From contig JARFYF010000074.1 of assembly GCA_030265395.1 (NCBI GenBank), forward strand, positions 99,422,846 to 99,486,845: a stretch of DNA of 64,000 bases, read 5' to 3'. The DNA is from Rhina ancylostomus (lineage: Eukaryota). Shown here piece after piece: positions 62,971 to 64,000 of this stretch; within the stretch, counting starts at the first letter, position 1; each line of letters starts with the position of its first letter. Position numbers and translations under genes: made by a program. Under the pieces are notes generated by a model. The model searched no databases. It was given only the letters and a program-made list of their open reading frames with translations, and was not told the DNA's origin.

Positions 62971-63344
62971 AGATGAAGGGCTGGCCATGTGAGTCTTTCT
63001 CCAGCCCAGTTGTAAGTTACATTGTGGATTCTCTTTATGGAGCAAACCATGCCAAAATTTTCCTAAATTCTGAAATTATAAATAAGTGATTTAACCAAAG
63101 TAATAATGTCCTGTATGACAAGAGTTTGGTCTAAGTAGGGTTGCCAACAAAGTAAGCCAACATTAAGGAAGGGGTTCTGGATGGGCTTAAGAGCAGCTCT
63201 CGTGAACAGAGCCAGAATAAGTTCAGTTGGATAAGAGCACAGTCTAAATGGGCCAAAATGTCTCCAATTACCACACATATTGTAAGAAATTACATTAAAT
63301 AGGTGAAAGTGGAAAAATAAAATAAAATATTGGATTTGTCCAAT

Positions 63345-64000
63345 ATTGATTGTTCAAATATTTGGTTGTTTAGGGACCACTTAAATGGGGTTCTAGATAG
63401 GTTTGTCCCACTGAGACAAGGAAAGGATGGTAGGGTGAAGGAACCATGGTCAACAAGAGAGGTGGAAAGTTTAGTCAGGAGGAAGAAGGAAGCAAACATC
63501 AGGCAGGGCAAGAGTTATAAGGTAGCCAGGAAGGAGCTTAAGAAGGGACTTGGGAGAACTATAAGGGGACATGAGAAGGCCTTGGCAAGTAGGGTTAAGG
63601 AAAACCCTAAGGTGTTCTACATGTATATGAGGAACAAGAGTATGACTGGGGTGAGGGTAGGACCACTCAGGGACAAGGGGGGAGAAATGTGTCTGGAGGT
63701 GAAGGAGGTAGGGGAGGTCTTGAATAAATACTTTGCTTCAGTGCTCACCAGTGAGAGAGACTTTGACGAATGTGAGGTCAGTGTAGAAAGGCTAATGTGT
63801 TGGAGCATGTCGACGTTACGAGAGAAGCAGTGTTGAAGCTACTAAAAAGTATTAGGATAGATAAGTCCCAGGGGTTGGATAGGATATACCCCAGGTTACT
63901 ATGGGAAGTGAGGGAAGAGATTGCTGGAGTGTTAATGATGATCTTTGAGTCCTCCTTGGCCACAGGAGTGGTACCGGAGGATGGTAAACATTGTTCCATT
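63345..64000 (+). mobile_element. CR1 ORF2 fragment, continues beyond the window
   Basis: RVKENPKVFY, VGPLRDKGG, EVLNKYFASV, DKSQG.D.IYPRLL. Confidence 0.88.

Overview
Vertebrate genomic DNA with N-gaps. The repeat content (HE1-type V-SINEs, CR1, Rex1/Babar, Penelope-derived repeats, a 52-bp minisatellite) points to a cartilaginous fish (shark or ray); this is inferred. Manual splicing gives two complete 7-exon class II cytokine receptor genes in tandem on the + strand. The first is IL10RB-like (6724-21012, 364 aa). The second is IFNAR1-like (38650-58260, 358 aa), with a single two-FnIII ectodomain module and a QTSxDSGxxS degron. This matches the conserved IFNAR2-IL10RB-IFNAR1-IFNGR2 cluster. 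The window also holds a tRNA-Gln(TTG) fused to a SINE upstream of IFNAR1, and a Gypsy LTR element (GTAT target-site duplication, tRNA-Trp primer site) antisense in IFNAR1 intron 3. Penelope-type repeats with decayed minimal hammerhead cores occur throughout, one as a long hairpin. Most ORFs in the supplied track are repeat fragments or noise. Repeat boundaries are approximate, and all family calls come from motif recognition, not database searches.
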